Notes: generated from the letters alone by a model not told the origin. Counted from the whole stretch's first letter, positions 35,501-47,850 are shown. The stretch: DNA of 61,578 nt, filler included, from Sphacelaria rigidula (GCA_964200075.2; 4 parts of 4 records of this genome joined end to end with filler, not necessarily neighbours in it); one strand, 5' to 3'. A program made the numbers and translations.

Positions 35501-38500
35501 CTAGAACAACGAAACTGAGGATCTGCAGATTTTCAAGAAACAGCTTTGCACAACTAAGTGGCTGCATCACCGTAGGAAATGTCGTGGCGACCGCACCCGG
35601 GGGTTTATAATGCTGACGAGAACAATTCTCCAGCTTAAATGGAGCGTACCACAGTCGATTCCAACGTTGACGAGCTAGTGGCGACTCTGCACCCACCGCA
35701 ACCATGGCGCTAAGCTTAACTGCAATTCTAGCACCCGTCAAGTCGATGGGCTGTGACGTAGACATGGATCACTTCAGTGGAGAGTCACAGCCTGACGCGT
35801 TGGAAACACACTCAAGTCGTCCACGCATGATCAGCACAGGATGCGCCAGTGCAGGCACGATGACAGCGAACAGCATTACTAGTACACAGGTGAACAGACA
35901 AGACACACACGTGACCTTACTTCGCGATCAAAACGAGGCAAGGTGTAGTCGACATTTTGGCGCACATACGACGTGTGTGAACAGCACCTCGTTTGTCTCG
36001 CGGTCCCTGACGAAAAAAGTTTCCAGGCACATCAGGTGCACATCGATCTGAAGAACGTTCTGAGTCAGGTACTCGCGGCTCGACAGGTGCTCGACACTCT
36101 GCGCCATCGACGGCGCGTCTGTGAAACGTTCGTCGAAGAAAATAACCCACCCCGGGAACGTGTGGCTCGCCACCATCTCTCGTCTATCAAACCTCTCTCG
36201 GTTTGTACCCTGCGTCAGCCAGCGGCAATCAGAAAAGGGGGGACGTGCTGAAAAAAAGAGATATCGATTTCGTGTGGCATGCCTGCATGCAATTGCTCTA
36301 CATATATGGTGGAACAACAGAGTGTGTTGTCGTCCAATCTATTTTGGAAGCCAGTCTATACCTTTCGGTAAATGTGGGCGCATCAGCCGGGGTCACACAG
36401 GAGGAAGGTCAGCACAACAGCTGTCCATCTTTTCATCTTGTCTTTGGTATTTTGCCGATCTTCTGCGGTGCTTGCCTTATTTTTCATCGCAAAAAAGGTT
36501 CAGCAGTCCCTTTCCCTGGTCGACCGTGGAGTCCAATTCTACCCACGACATAGTCGCTCTTCACTATAGGGCATTGTGTGAGCAAAAATCCCAGACCGTG
36601 TGACTGCACCGAGACTCGAATCCACGACTCAAGTGTCCGAAGGTTCCGAGGTTACCAACTGAGCCACCGGGACGACCGGCTTCAGTACTTGCAGGTACGT
36701 CTGATCGGCGAAGCTTTTGTAATATGGCCGCTGCGCCCCGGGGGCTTAATGTTACTGGTATGACTGAAAGCAATCGCGATCGAAAACAGGCACTTGGATT
36801 TTCCCACCAAGTGTAGGTATCTGATTTATGTCATTCGAAACGTGAGAATGTCAGTAGCAAAGTAGACTTTTATTGGACGAGAGTTGACGCGGTGCGGGAG
36901 TGGTGAGTGGTGATAGTCACGATCCAATCCGCGATACCGAATTTGCAAAAACATGTGCCGGGGAAAAGATGACGTAATCTCTTGAAAGTACGGACTCGTC
37001 TCGAGAAAGGGGACATTTCAAAAGTGTACAAAAAATAAATAAATAGTAGACCGCATCAGATGCTGAGTGATTGGCAGTGAAATATTTTTGGCTGATAGCA
37101 CAGTAACATCGTAGGACGACGATGCCGTACGTGACAAGCCAACGTCTACGCCTCTGGGGGGCGGTTACAATCCGGGCTGTCATTGAATATTTCAACCACA
37201 AGACGTGCTTAGGCTGAGTTTGGCGCTGAACGTTTCGATGCATGCCACGAGTAAAGTAGGCAGGTACTAGTACAGTATAGGGTGACCCACATGAGCGAAT
37301 ACAGCGGGATATAGCTCACAGTGACGCGCCACGGTAGTCGAGATGGATCATGACACTATTTTGGCGGGTTTGCGGCGCAGGGGGGAAGGGGTTTGGACTC
37401 CCATCAGCAATAACCCTTTTTCTCGCTTCCGACGTCCGAAAACATGAGAGCAACAGTCGGCAAAAACAAGCAAATGCGACGACAGTGCTCACTCCGGGGA
37501 AGTTTCGTGCACTACTGCTACTACAACTGCACAGGTCAAACGTTCATATTTTGCGCTACAGTATTTGGAGATTCGTTTCGAGATTTCGGGAACGCTTGCC
37601 GCGTGCGCTAAGGGTCGCTCGCGATTGTCGATGTGGGTACCGACACTTGATGAGCCGCAGCTACAGAGCATGGATCAAACGTCTCAAGAAAACCGTGGGA
37701 GGGGCAAAGCAACGGCCTATCCGACGACATCCAACACACACATATCGCACATCAACAAGGACTCACAGCTAGAGGTAGATATGCAAATGTTCCACACACT
37801 GAAGACTCAGTGTGAAGACAGAACATCTGTAGAACACGCTACAGCGGAGTAAGTGCTTCTGTAAAACAGGATAGACTCACCACCAGCATCAACACGTTGT
37901 CAGGCTCCGAGGTGTCGAGCACTTTGTGCAGGCGATAAAACGGTATCGCGTTGCGTGCTCGAGTGGCCTCCCCAGCTCTCTCGACGAAATCCACCAGTCG
38001 GGAATCGGCGATCGCGTCCAAACGCGGGCTTTGGTCATGTTCCAATGACTCTGGCTGCTGTTGTTCTTGTGTGCTACTTTCGTCCTTCTGCTGATGGTCG
38101 CCAATCGCTGCTGTTGCTGCCTCTGCTGACCATGCCGCTGCATGGTCACACAACAAGCACAAACCACTGGAACTGTTGATCCTCACTACTTGGAATTAGC
38201 CGTAGCAGTGGAGTGGTGGAATGATTGTTGTACTCACAGACAGGGCCATGCCATATTCAGCCCCTAGCAGATGATACGCTTGTCGTCGACATGGTGCCGG
38301 TGCCGGTGGCTGTGGCGGCCGATTTCGGAACAACAATATCGGTACCGATCGAGAAATTTGGCAGTACTACAGTACGTACCGTACCGCACAGCACTTTTGA
38401 CTTACCATGTTTCAAGGTGTCGACGTGCTTCGGGAATCCTCCCTGAGAGCGCAGAAAGTCATTTTTGAGGTCTGACACTACTGTATTCGCCTCGGCGTCA

Positions 38501-41313
38501 TTTCGCGCCAACAAAAAGGGGCTGCCGAACGGTCAAAATAGGCACCTTCGATAACAAAAACTCGTTTTGATCCTACAAGAAGTGGTCTTAGCAGTGGACA
38601 AACAGCGTACATTTCACGCACCGTGAACACATGATACAGGTACTGTACTGTAATGTCTGTAATGTAATGTCTGTGATGTAATGGCAATACGCACCTGCAG
38701 CGACGGGAGGCGTGAGCGGGCCGGATTCTCCCTCTTGCCATCGCGTGACCGCACCAGATCTGGCAAGAAGTAAAACGGAGATCAAATGCATTACACCCGA
38801 GCGAGTTAAATTCGAGGAACACTCCATGCCTTACTGAGGACGTCTGAGGAACTCACGTCCTTGCCCTTCCACGTGTGCAGCACTTTGCTGCCTTTATACA
38901 ACACAATTCAAGCGGGGAGGGGGCGGCATTGCTTGGTACTCCAAGTTCGACAGCGGTTGACGGGTAGAGCGTGCATGAGGTGAGCCCCAGAAAATGAAAC
39001 AATACGAAATAAGTCACAGAAATTGTGCGACAAACGCAAATAAGGGGGGGGGGGAGGAAGAAAAAGGAAAAAGAACCAGAGGCTTTCGGCGGCAGGCACG
39101 TGCGGTGTTGCGCACGAGGTCTTCTGTTTCCTGCATCGCCGTGGGCTGTGTTAACACTCTTGGGATCGGGCGTCCAGAACGACTAATTGGGCTGGTCAGG
39201 AATGACGTGTCTGGCGTGTGCACGAAACAGTGGCGTGTTGCTGAAAATCCGCGTTTGTAACCGCAGGATTATGACGAAGACGGAAGGTTTCATCCAATCT
39301 TTTTTCAGGTGCAGGGTGCGCATTAGGAAGTGTACATCTGATGTAGCAAGCAGTATGAGTTGCGGTAGAGAGCTTCCAACAGGATGCGGCGACCGGCGGG
39401 CCGCCCGCCACGTGTGGCTTTGGATGATACTTTTGTCCCCATCACCTTGCCACACACCCCTTTGTGGTAGGGGTGAGCTGCCATTCCCCCCTATGTTGCA
39501 TGCGACACATCCTCTTCGACGGGTATCAGCGTTGCGGCGCGGACGCAAACAACAGAATAGTACAGTACACTGTAGTACGCCTTTCCGACTGAAGCAGCAG
39601 CTGCCGCTGCATACTCTTGCACGTTCTGTGCAATTCTCAGCTACCTATACACCGCTGTTCATCCCCACCCACTAAACACAGGTTCATAGTGTTCTGCGAG
39701 TCATCGGCAGAGGGATCAGCAGAAGTCATGACGTTAGCTCCTCTTGTCTTTTCACGGCCCACCTGGGTTTAGTGCCTCGTAAAAATGACCACATTGTAGC
39801 ATGTACACTCCTTCCCGGTTTTTCCGGTTGACCCTGTGTTGGGGAAATCGCTACGTTTTAGTATAAAATTGTGACCCCAAAAACCCACCGGAAAACTCGG
39901 GAACGCTGTACTGAGTGCAAGTAATATCATTTAACCAAGTTCCGACCGCCCTGCACTTGAAAACCTGGGAAGGCTTACCTGGGCCAGGGATAGGCCCCCC
40001 CACACTATCTTTGCAGTGGCATCACACTCGCCAACAACCCCCGCGCTGGCCGTTCGGGTCTGGTCGATACATGTCGCCTCGCCGTGACTGGGCAGGTCGC
40101 TCGAAGACATATTTTTGATTATTTCATCAACACAGGGTCAACCCTGTGTTAGTGGGGGGTCGGTCCTAAAAGGGTTAAGATCCGTAACGGTGAAAACAAA
40201 TAGCATCTCAACGTCCACGTTCGATCGGCAACCACGTGCATGTAACACATGCGCCAAACAACAAAACGGAGCTAACGACAACGACAATTGTCACTCTCCA
40301 ATATCGACGCTTCCCCTGTACCCACCTCGTGTCTCGTACGTCCAACATGCGCATTTTGAACAAGGCTGCAGCCATACTCACGAAGGCCATCTCTATACCA
40401 ACCTGTAAAAAAAAAGGCAAATAATGGTCGGGCGCGCATTTCGTTACAAGTAGGAGTGCGATCGTCCTCACAGCTGGTCTATCACTCAACCCTTCAAAAT
40501 GGTCTACCATGCCTCTCGACGCCGATGGCAGAAGCTGAGACGGCTTGAATGTCGCACACTGCACCCTAGAGTTACTATTGCGAAGTGCACAACATCGCAA
40601 CAACTGATGTGACCAAGCGTTTGCACGCATCAGGCCGAAGCACACCGACTCGTGGTACTGCGCGTTCTCAATGGTACAGTGTTAGGCTGTACACCACGAA
40701 GTGGAGGGGCGTTGTTTTAGTAGTACAGTAGAGATGACTATGGGGTTGACCCGCATTCTCAATCTCTGCAAACAGGCACAGAAGCTTACGCAACGCTTTA
40801 GACCCTCGTCTGTAATCGTGCCGTACCACCACCGATTGCTCCGAGCTTTTTTTTTGTCAACGGTACAGTATAATAATAACAGTATCATTTTGGCGTCGTA
40901 CATATATGATGCGGCACACAAACCATCACTATAACGAAAACAGCAGAGGTCATCAAACTCACGTGGAAACCCTCGTCCGCGATCGAGTTCCTAATCACCG
41001 TTTTCAAGTGGTTTTGAGACACGGCGTAAAAAATCCGCCCGAAGATCCCGAGGTTCTCCATACTGTAGTCTTCCGGTGCTCTCCTCCAGGGAAAGCAATC
41101 ACCCCTACCACCAGCGTCACCATCATCACCATGCCCACCAGGCCGGGGCGGCGTCTCCCCCACCTCGGTGGCAGCATCGGCAAGCTGTCTGCTGGGCGCG
41201 CTGTTGCTATACGCTTGGGAACGCGCACTTGTTGCTAGCCGTGGAGCTGATATCAGCTGTTGCCCTGGCCTCGTGTATCGTGATGATGGTGATGTTCGCA
41301 GGCAGCGTCTTCC
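32592..41313 (-). CDS. Tim44-like (NTF2-fold; Mba1/mL45/MAIP1-type) domain protein, probably mitochondrial. Exons 41313-40963, 40402-40326, 38759-38695, 38137-37881, 36209-35988, 33291-33193, 32636-32592; start exon uncertain
   Basis: Seven phase-compatible AG/GT exons give 371 codons plus a stop. The N-terminal part is rich in R, S and A (presequence-like). Then come FPWR...DEGFHVGIEMAF and a C-terminus LQIDVHLMCLETFFVRDRETNE|IIQGSEKPEIRLHRLRLE...RWK|VIDLDNWLEGNTFW*, which fits the Tim44-domain C-terminal strand pattern. Confidence 0.75.
32765..32970 (-). repeat. Retroposon 3' end with (caa)n tail
   Basis: Near-identical to 47330-47523(+): gtgaccac...ggcgtccgcat...gcagatatcggaac.gtttttaatgtgaagacaacaac. 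Confidence 0.7.
33361..35510 (-). mobile_element. Degenerate, 5'-truncated non-LTR retrotransposon (LINE, RT domain to 3' end) inside an intron of the Tim44-like gene
   Basis: Minus-strand remnants: EFTRAEVKQRVAKLKSRNAAGTDELV; KKGDRAGPGHY*RIMLLSTVGKIL; PTLFKVIFNRMM; a decayed FADD motif (SVDDFVG); YLHGPMDYAKKVKVRFRVGDLDLP; terminal ...APSRKGWVINGQMTKASNK. Many stops and frameshifts. Confidence 0.9.
36321..36680 (-). mobile_element. tRNA-derived SINE (apparently full length)
   Basis: Head ccggtggctcagttggtaacc...gtggattcgagtc (A and B boxes). The body is shared with 4957-5292. Confidence 0.82.
39806..39908. mobile_element. Small Tc1/mariner-like MITE
   Basis: TA|cactccttcccggtttttccgg ... 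ccggaaaactcgggaacgctg|TA (imperfect TIR, TA flanks). Confidence 0.5.
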
Positions 41314-42967
41314 CTACGGATGAGTCAGTGCCGCCGAACATACGAGAGAGACTGCGTTTCGTCGGGGAAAACGAACTGAACTTTGACGAAGGATGGGTGT
41401 AGACTACATCCCGCAACGGAGTCAAGTACTTCAAAGCAGGAGCTGTGAAGCACACAGTAGATCGCCCACGTCGAGGAGCAAGGGGAATCTCGCTTCGACG
41501 CATGTTTTGATGTGCTTAAATGAGATGACAACACTGACTGGCTTGGCACGTCTCATCTAATACCCGCCGCAGCAGGTTGTGATCATATATCTACACCCGC
41601 ATGGTTGTTGGCATGGTTGTCACCTTCCTACCGTCATGCGTGTGCCCGAAAGTCAAACGCGCGGGCGCCGCATGTGAATGGAACAACCTGCACTACTACT
41701 GTGGCGCTACTCACGATGGGAGCGGTGTCGAGACGGGTTACCCGTACTGCAATCGTACGATGCTATGAGTACTACAGTATTCAGTGGCTGAAGGTAAATA
41801 ACTGGAAATACCTTCACATGACCACAACTTCTCCATTATTGAGGAAGAAGATTTCATCTCCGTGATCCTAATATCAGCGTGCGCAACTAATTTCATGACA
41901 AAGTTCGGTGTCTTATCATGTGACCGGGTTTTCACTGAGGAGTTTGCGGGTTACAGTGCACTTTAGTGGTGAGGCGCAAAACCTCTGATGCGGGATGTCT
42001 TTTCTACACGTGGTGAGTCACGAACAATCCAACGGCCTGGCCTGCGTGTCGAGTCGCTGAAACAAGTTCTATGGCAAGAATTGCGTTTATATGCTGTAGA
42101 TGAAGTAAAATGAATAATGGCCAAGGGCTACGAGTACCCCATCCATTTTCTTTGGATTGGTGGATCGTGTGAGATGACGATTTACAGCACGCGCCAGGTA
42201 TTGGGTAAAAGCTACACTCGCGTAGTTTCGCTAATCCCTACATTTTTGGCGATTTCTTTGTTGGTGTTGAGAGAAGTGGCAACACTCCATTTTTCCATGC
42301 AATTCTAAAATATGGTGCAACGCATTTTGGAAACTACGAAGCAAAAAAGTAGCGGATGAAGAGGTCTGCGTTGCAAAAGACTTGACTAGGGTTTCCTTCG
42401 ACATAGGTTTCGACCAAGGAGGTATTATGGTGAAGTACGATACCACTACATCAGCGCTCTCTTTCGATCGATACACCCTGGTGACCTGTATCCTCAACCG
42501 AGGGTAGAGCGAGGCTATGAGGTAGATGCAAGATATTTAATGCGCGAATCGAACCGTTCGGGTAAAGCAGAACATCACGTCCGCATTTACAATACTGCAG
42601 CGCATATGTGCGGGTTGTAGTATTACCAAACCTATCGTTTCGTGGGCAACTTTCTCCTGCGGTGTGTTGAGCTCTCACGCCGACTACTTTGCAAAATAGG
42701 ACAGTACGAGATGGTGGAATAAAAAAAAATGAATATACAATACACAAGCCTGTTGATGTGGATCAATACACAAGGCGATGATGCACGGCATCTCCCACGT
42801 CAAGGTTGACGCCGATACCAGCGATAGAACAGTGAACTTTCGATCCGTAACTTGCGCAAACACGGACTGCAGTGATTAACCAAGGTGTGGAACCAACACA
42901 TGAGCCTAGTACAGACTGCTACCCTGATGTCTGCGCCTTGGTACCCTTTCACGTGATGTACCGCGCT

Positions 42968-43150
42968 GAGCACTTTTCGCGATAAAGAGAAAAGCGGGCA
43001 TCGCAGAAGGAAGCTAGGGTGCTAAAACATCTCCTCCCCCCCCCCGGCCTCCTGTGTTGACCTTCCTCTTGTGTCACTCCGGCTGATACCCCCACATACA
43101 CGGAAAAGTGTAGACTGCGTCCACGATAGATGGGATGACGAAACACACAC
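42968..43150 (+). mobile_element. Partial SINE (3' half), same family as 4957-5292
   Basis: gaccttcctcttgtgtcactccggctgatacccccacata...gatgggatgacgaaacacacac is the reverse complement of the SINE body seen at 4957 and 36321. Confidence 0.7.
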
Positions 43151-45177
43151 CCACTGTACTGTTGCACCGTGTTTTTCAATTCTGACATCGAAGCTGCGAC
43201 GTTAGAGACGGTAGAACTTGTAGTTTGAAAAGTTCTGGTCAAGCCCTGTCATTCAATGGGGTTTCGTTGTCATGCATTTTGGCGGATGCGTGGTCAAAGT
43301 GTCTCAAGAATGTCGACGTTGGGAAAGCGAACAGTTGATGGCCAACCGGAGGGGGTGCTATACACCGTATATCATTACGTTGTACTGTGTTTCATCTACA
43401 GGACATACCTTGTTCACAGGGTGGAGGGTATTTCAAAACTAGACCTACAGGCCATGCGAATAAATCACATTATTTTCTGCACATACGGTGCAATGTGAGA
43501 TTGAGCGAGTGACGTCAAAGTGGTACCTCGAAGAAACAGCATCGCACCGTAACGTGACAGTGCAGCCAGGACACTGAGTAAGTACCCACGCTGCAGAACA
43601 CGATGCACTGAGGACAGCGTCGGACAGGAGGCGTCGGCATACTCAGCAAGGGTTGGTTACTCAGAGCTTCTCACCTGCAGCTTAAGCCGCAACCTCTTGG
43701 AGTCCACCCCGAGTGGCAATCGTAATCTTACCAACCGCGCAGACATATCACAGGTGTTCGAATACTCCAGACTGGATTGCTTCCCGTAGCATGTGTCCTC
43801 TTCCCTTTAATTAAAATCACGCTCAGCCGCCAGGTGTTATTTTCCATAATCTATTTCGCCAGTATTACAGGTCAGTACCTCACGACGGTGACCGAGTGAC
43901 CTGCTGAGTAACCAAGATCCCAGCAACGGGTTGAGCAACACAAGGACCACATCTAACCAACACCACAATCAAACCTACGATCTACTTGCACATGCGTGTC
44001 TGGGCGAATGTACCTTACTGCCTCGGGCCGCCGTTGTAGATGGCGCGTCGTGTGCCCAACGATGGAGACGCAGTTGACTGAAAAGAATCGCGCGAGTCGT
44101 CGAAGTGAAAGGATGCACCCACGAATCTTGAGAATACGCGCCCAATGTAAATGTACTCAATGCGAGCACTCAAGATACAACACGCGCCTTCAGCAGCATA
44201 CCCCGGCTGGGGAAAATCTGTCACCACTTGATAGAACAAAAGCTTTCACCGCGAGGCTACTCGAACGCTCGGGCGCACAGATCTCTTCGGGTTTACATCA
44301 CTACGAACACTACTACTGCTGCGTGTCAACAACAGCTCACACACAACTCGTGTTTCTTTCGCAGCGTAAAGCAGATCTCGCACCGCGGTTGAACAATACA
44401 CGGACCGCACTTGACCCATCACAATCACACCTATACAGTTCGCCCACACACGCAGGTGAATGCACCTTACCACCTCGGACCACCATTGTTGATGATACGT
44501 CGTGTACCCAGAGAGGGTGACACGGCTCACGGCAAAGATGGGCGTGGAGCATCGAAGTGAACGAGTGCACTCACAACGCCTGACAGCTGAAAAGGCGCAC
44601 CGAATGGATTCGATCGGCGCGCGCAGAACGCGACACGCGACTTCGGCATATACATGCATATCGTGGCAAAAACATGCCATTAAACCAAATATGCAGTACA
44701 AAGCACACAAACCGTGGCCCACATATGTATTTCTCAACATACCTTAGTCAGCAGCAGCTCGCGTCATGTGGTCTTTCACGGGTGTGTGTGCCAGATCTCA
44801 TCACCGGGGTTGAACAACGATTATTACATTACATGCAACAACAAAGGGTCCTGGAAAAAATGAGGTTGAATTTTCAAATGGAGCTGAATCCACCTTCCGA
44901 AAATTCACCTTGTCCCTAGTGCAGATTTTGCACAAACAACTGACTAGGGATTTGCTTGTCTGTTGAAACTTCCCCTACCTTACCTTGTCAGACATTGTTT
45001 CTCCGGTGTCTGAAGCCATACATTATCTCTCCTTTCGTACATTTGAAACTGCTGTCACCAGGTGAGGGGAGCCGCCTTCACTGGATTCCCTCATGTTTGA
45101 ACAACATTATGCCGGAGTTTTTTTCGAGCCCTAACAAAACTCGCAGAGGGCAGGGAGTTTCCCGCCTATGAAATTCC

Positions 45178-45675
45178 CAAGGGCAGGTCGAGGAGAGTAT
45201 ACTCAATACTTGGTATTATTGAAAAGCCATACTTTTAGTACCCGAAATTTGAGTAGAGCACTTTAGGTCGTACCCAATTTACCCGAAAAATAAGTAGAAG
45301 AGTGGGTTGAGGTCATACTCAATCTGGCCAAAATTTAGGTGAAGTATTGAGGTCATACCCAAGTGCTCGCCCAATATCTGGGTAGAGTTCGAGGTCGTTC
45401 TCAATCTACCCAAAATTCGAGTAGAGTGTTTGAGGTCATACTCAATCTAAGCAAAATTTGGGTAGATAGAGTACTGAAGTCATACCCACGCGATACTCTA
45501 TATATATCCAGGTATTATTGCTGAGAGTGCTTACCTAATAATACTTGGGTAGAGTGTGGGTAGAGTATTTCAGGCCGTACCCAATTGACTCACAATTTGT
45601 GTAGAGTATTGAGGCCGTGCCCAATCTATACCCGAAATTTAGGTAGAATATTCGACGTCATCATACCCAAGTGAT
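45178..45675. mobile_element. Degenerate copy of the hAT-like repeat-filled element, one end only
   Basis: Begins caagggcaggtcg...tatactcaatacttggtatt, the reverse complement of the right end of 27542-28458. It contains the same tacccaaa/tttgggtagag units. Confidence 0.7.
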
Positions 45676-46164
45676 AAAATCACTTAAGTGTTGCACGGTA
45701 TTCACATGCGGCGATTCGGCTCGTGTTTGAAAATTCTCTATCGCGATTTTCATCCTCTCAAGGATAAAGTGACCGTCCGGAGGACAGAATACCCTCCAGA
45801 GGGTATTTCATACTCAGTTCCGGTCATAAAACTAATCCTCTGAAGGGCATCTGATGCTCCAGTGACTTCTGAGGTGTGGATCCGTCCGGCGTACCAAAAA
45901 TATGGTGGTGCTCTAGAAGAGCACGTGGTTTTCGTGAACGCCGCTTATAGAGGGAAATATGAGCATCAGAGTAAATATGAGCATCATCACTCCTCTGGAG
46001 GAGGGACCGACTATGGCCTCTGGGGCATTTGTTGCGACTCCGGAGGACATAGCCGTGCAGTATCCTCCAGCATGTAAATTTACACTTGTGCACCTAACAG
46101 TGTTTTCGTGAGATTGAGAGTAGTAGATGATACCATTGAGAGTGGCTTTGATCATTCGCTTTAA

Positions 46165-46264
46165 NNNNNNNNNNNNNNNNNNNNNNNNNNNNNNNNNNNN
46201 NNNNNNNNTTAATTAATTAANNNNNNNNNNNNNNNNNNNNNNNNNNNNNNNNNNNNNNNNNNNN
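46165..46264. other. Artificial assembly linker
   Basis: N44-TTAATTAATTAA-N44. Confidence 0.97.
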
Positions 46265-46700
46265 AGCAAAACAACTACTTTCGTACTTTTTGGTATTAAT
46301 CCGCGGATATCCATACATTTTTCGCGGATACCCGTATCGGTTTCACGGATTACTGCGACGGTGGACCGCGGGGAATTGCCGCGGTTTGTGCGGATTGTTC
46401 CACGGAGGCGGGCAATCCGCTCCGTGAAGAAAACCATGCCACGGATATCCGTTCCGCAATAATCCGTGACATTTTCATTGGCGGACATCCGCTCCGTGAA
46501 AAAATGCATGCCACGGATATCCGCTCCGTACCATATAAAAAAAATCCGCACCGCACCGTGACATTTTCAGTGGCGGATATTCGCACCGTCGTAATCCGTG
46601 ATTTTCCACACATACGGATATCCGCCCCGCTCCGCTCCGTGAGGTTTCGAAAAGAAGAAATCCGCACCGCGGAGCGGATTGTCCTCCGTACACATCCCTG
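46265..46700. mobile_element. End of a MITE-like element with cggatatccg subterminal repeats, cut by the contig start
   Basis: Many cggatatccg / atccgctccgt repeats. It ends ...tccgtacacatccctg (reverse complement cagggatgtg, an hAT-like CAGGG terminus). Confidence 0.55.
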
Positions 46701-47092
46701 ATATTTAGCTACTGTTGAACGTCGGCAGCTGACCTTCAACAGTAGCTAAATATTACGATAGCTTCTGAACGTTTTTTTGTCGTCCTCAACGGCGTTTTAG
46801 CTTCTAACGTTGTAGTTAGATCGTCATCCGTAAATTGTCGTCATGTTGACATCAACTGTGCTTTCCTTCATCCACAGTCCATCACATTTCCGGCTCCGAT
46901 GTGGTTCTCAATTCAACTCGAGACGTAAGTCTACATGAATTGAAGACTTTGGATTTCAAGATTTTAATTGAACGACATTCGATCGTCGCTCTTTCGTGCG
47001 CTATTTCGTGCAGCTTTCAAGCAACTGCAACAACGTTGCACCCGTTTACACGACAGGTGTTCATCTACACCCACAAACTTCTCCCACCAAAT

Positions 47093-47323
47093 CTGTCCTC
47101 CTTCTTTCCAACATCACCGTCACTCTTCGTAACTTTTCTCACAAGTCTCAACGGCATGAGACTACAGTACACCAAAGGACGCGGGGGCCTCCTGCCAAGT
47201 CTGTCCTCCTTCTTTCCAACATCACCGTCACTCTTGGTAACATTTCTCACAAGTCTGAACGTCATGACACCACGGTACACCGAAGGACGAGGGGGCCGTA
47301 GGCCCCCGCGTCCGAAGTCCTTG
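47093..47323 (+). mobile_element. 108-bp tandem duplication ending in a Helitron-like 3' hairpin
   Basis: Units start at 47093 and 47201. The GC-rich hairpin ggacgagggggcc-gta-ggcccccgcgtcc is followed a few bases later by CTTG|T (canonical Helitron end CTRR|T, one mismatch). Confidence 0.45.
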
Positions 47324-47329
47324 TATGTA

Positions 47330-47523
47330 CTATCTTTCTTCTTTATTAGTTATCCCTGTTTTGCTTATATCGCGTTTTGTGAGTTTTAAGCTGGGTCTAT
47401 TTTGTTTTTTTCGTTTTTGCTACCCTGTGACCACATAAGGCGTCCGCATCAGATGCGCAGTACGAATGTATCGCGCAGATATCGGAACGGTTTTTAATGT
47501 GAAGACAGCAGCAACAACAACAA
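47330..47523 (+). repeat. Retroposon 3' end with (caa)n tail
   Basis: Matches 32765-32970 in reverse orientation. Confidence 0.7.
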
Positions 47524-47756
47524 TCTTGGTTAATGTGCCCTATATGCTGTTGGGAACGGGGAAAGCATCACAATGGATCCTTGTCTGTAGTCTTGTCTGG
47601 TACTTCGCTTCTGTCCGTCGGTGCCGTCCCACACTTTAGTATAGACTACAGACTACTACTGCACTACTGTACTGTGGTGTGCTTGCTGTATGTAGGGTAC
47701 AGTATCTAATCTTGAAGCGAAACATGCGCAGCTGGAGATCAGTTTTGAACACTCAC

Positions 47757-47850
47757 AAACCGCATTTGCGCGTCCCGAAAGAACTGTAGGCCCCACGAAG
47801 GCTTCCGCCACGCCATGGAAGAGGAAGAGGAGAAAGGGCAGCCGCAACAT
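47757..47850 (-). CDS. First coding exon of a putative plastid-targeted protein (bipartite leader); the rest of the gene was not found
   Basis: MLRLPFLLFLFHGVAEA-FVGPTVLSGRANAV: a hydrophobic signal peptide followed by an ASAFAP-like cleavage motif, then a strong donor gtgagt. Confidence 0.6.
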
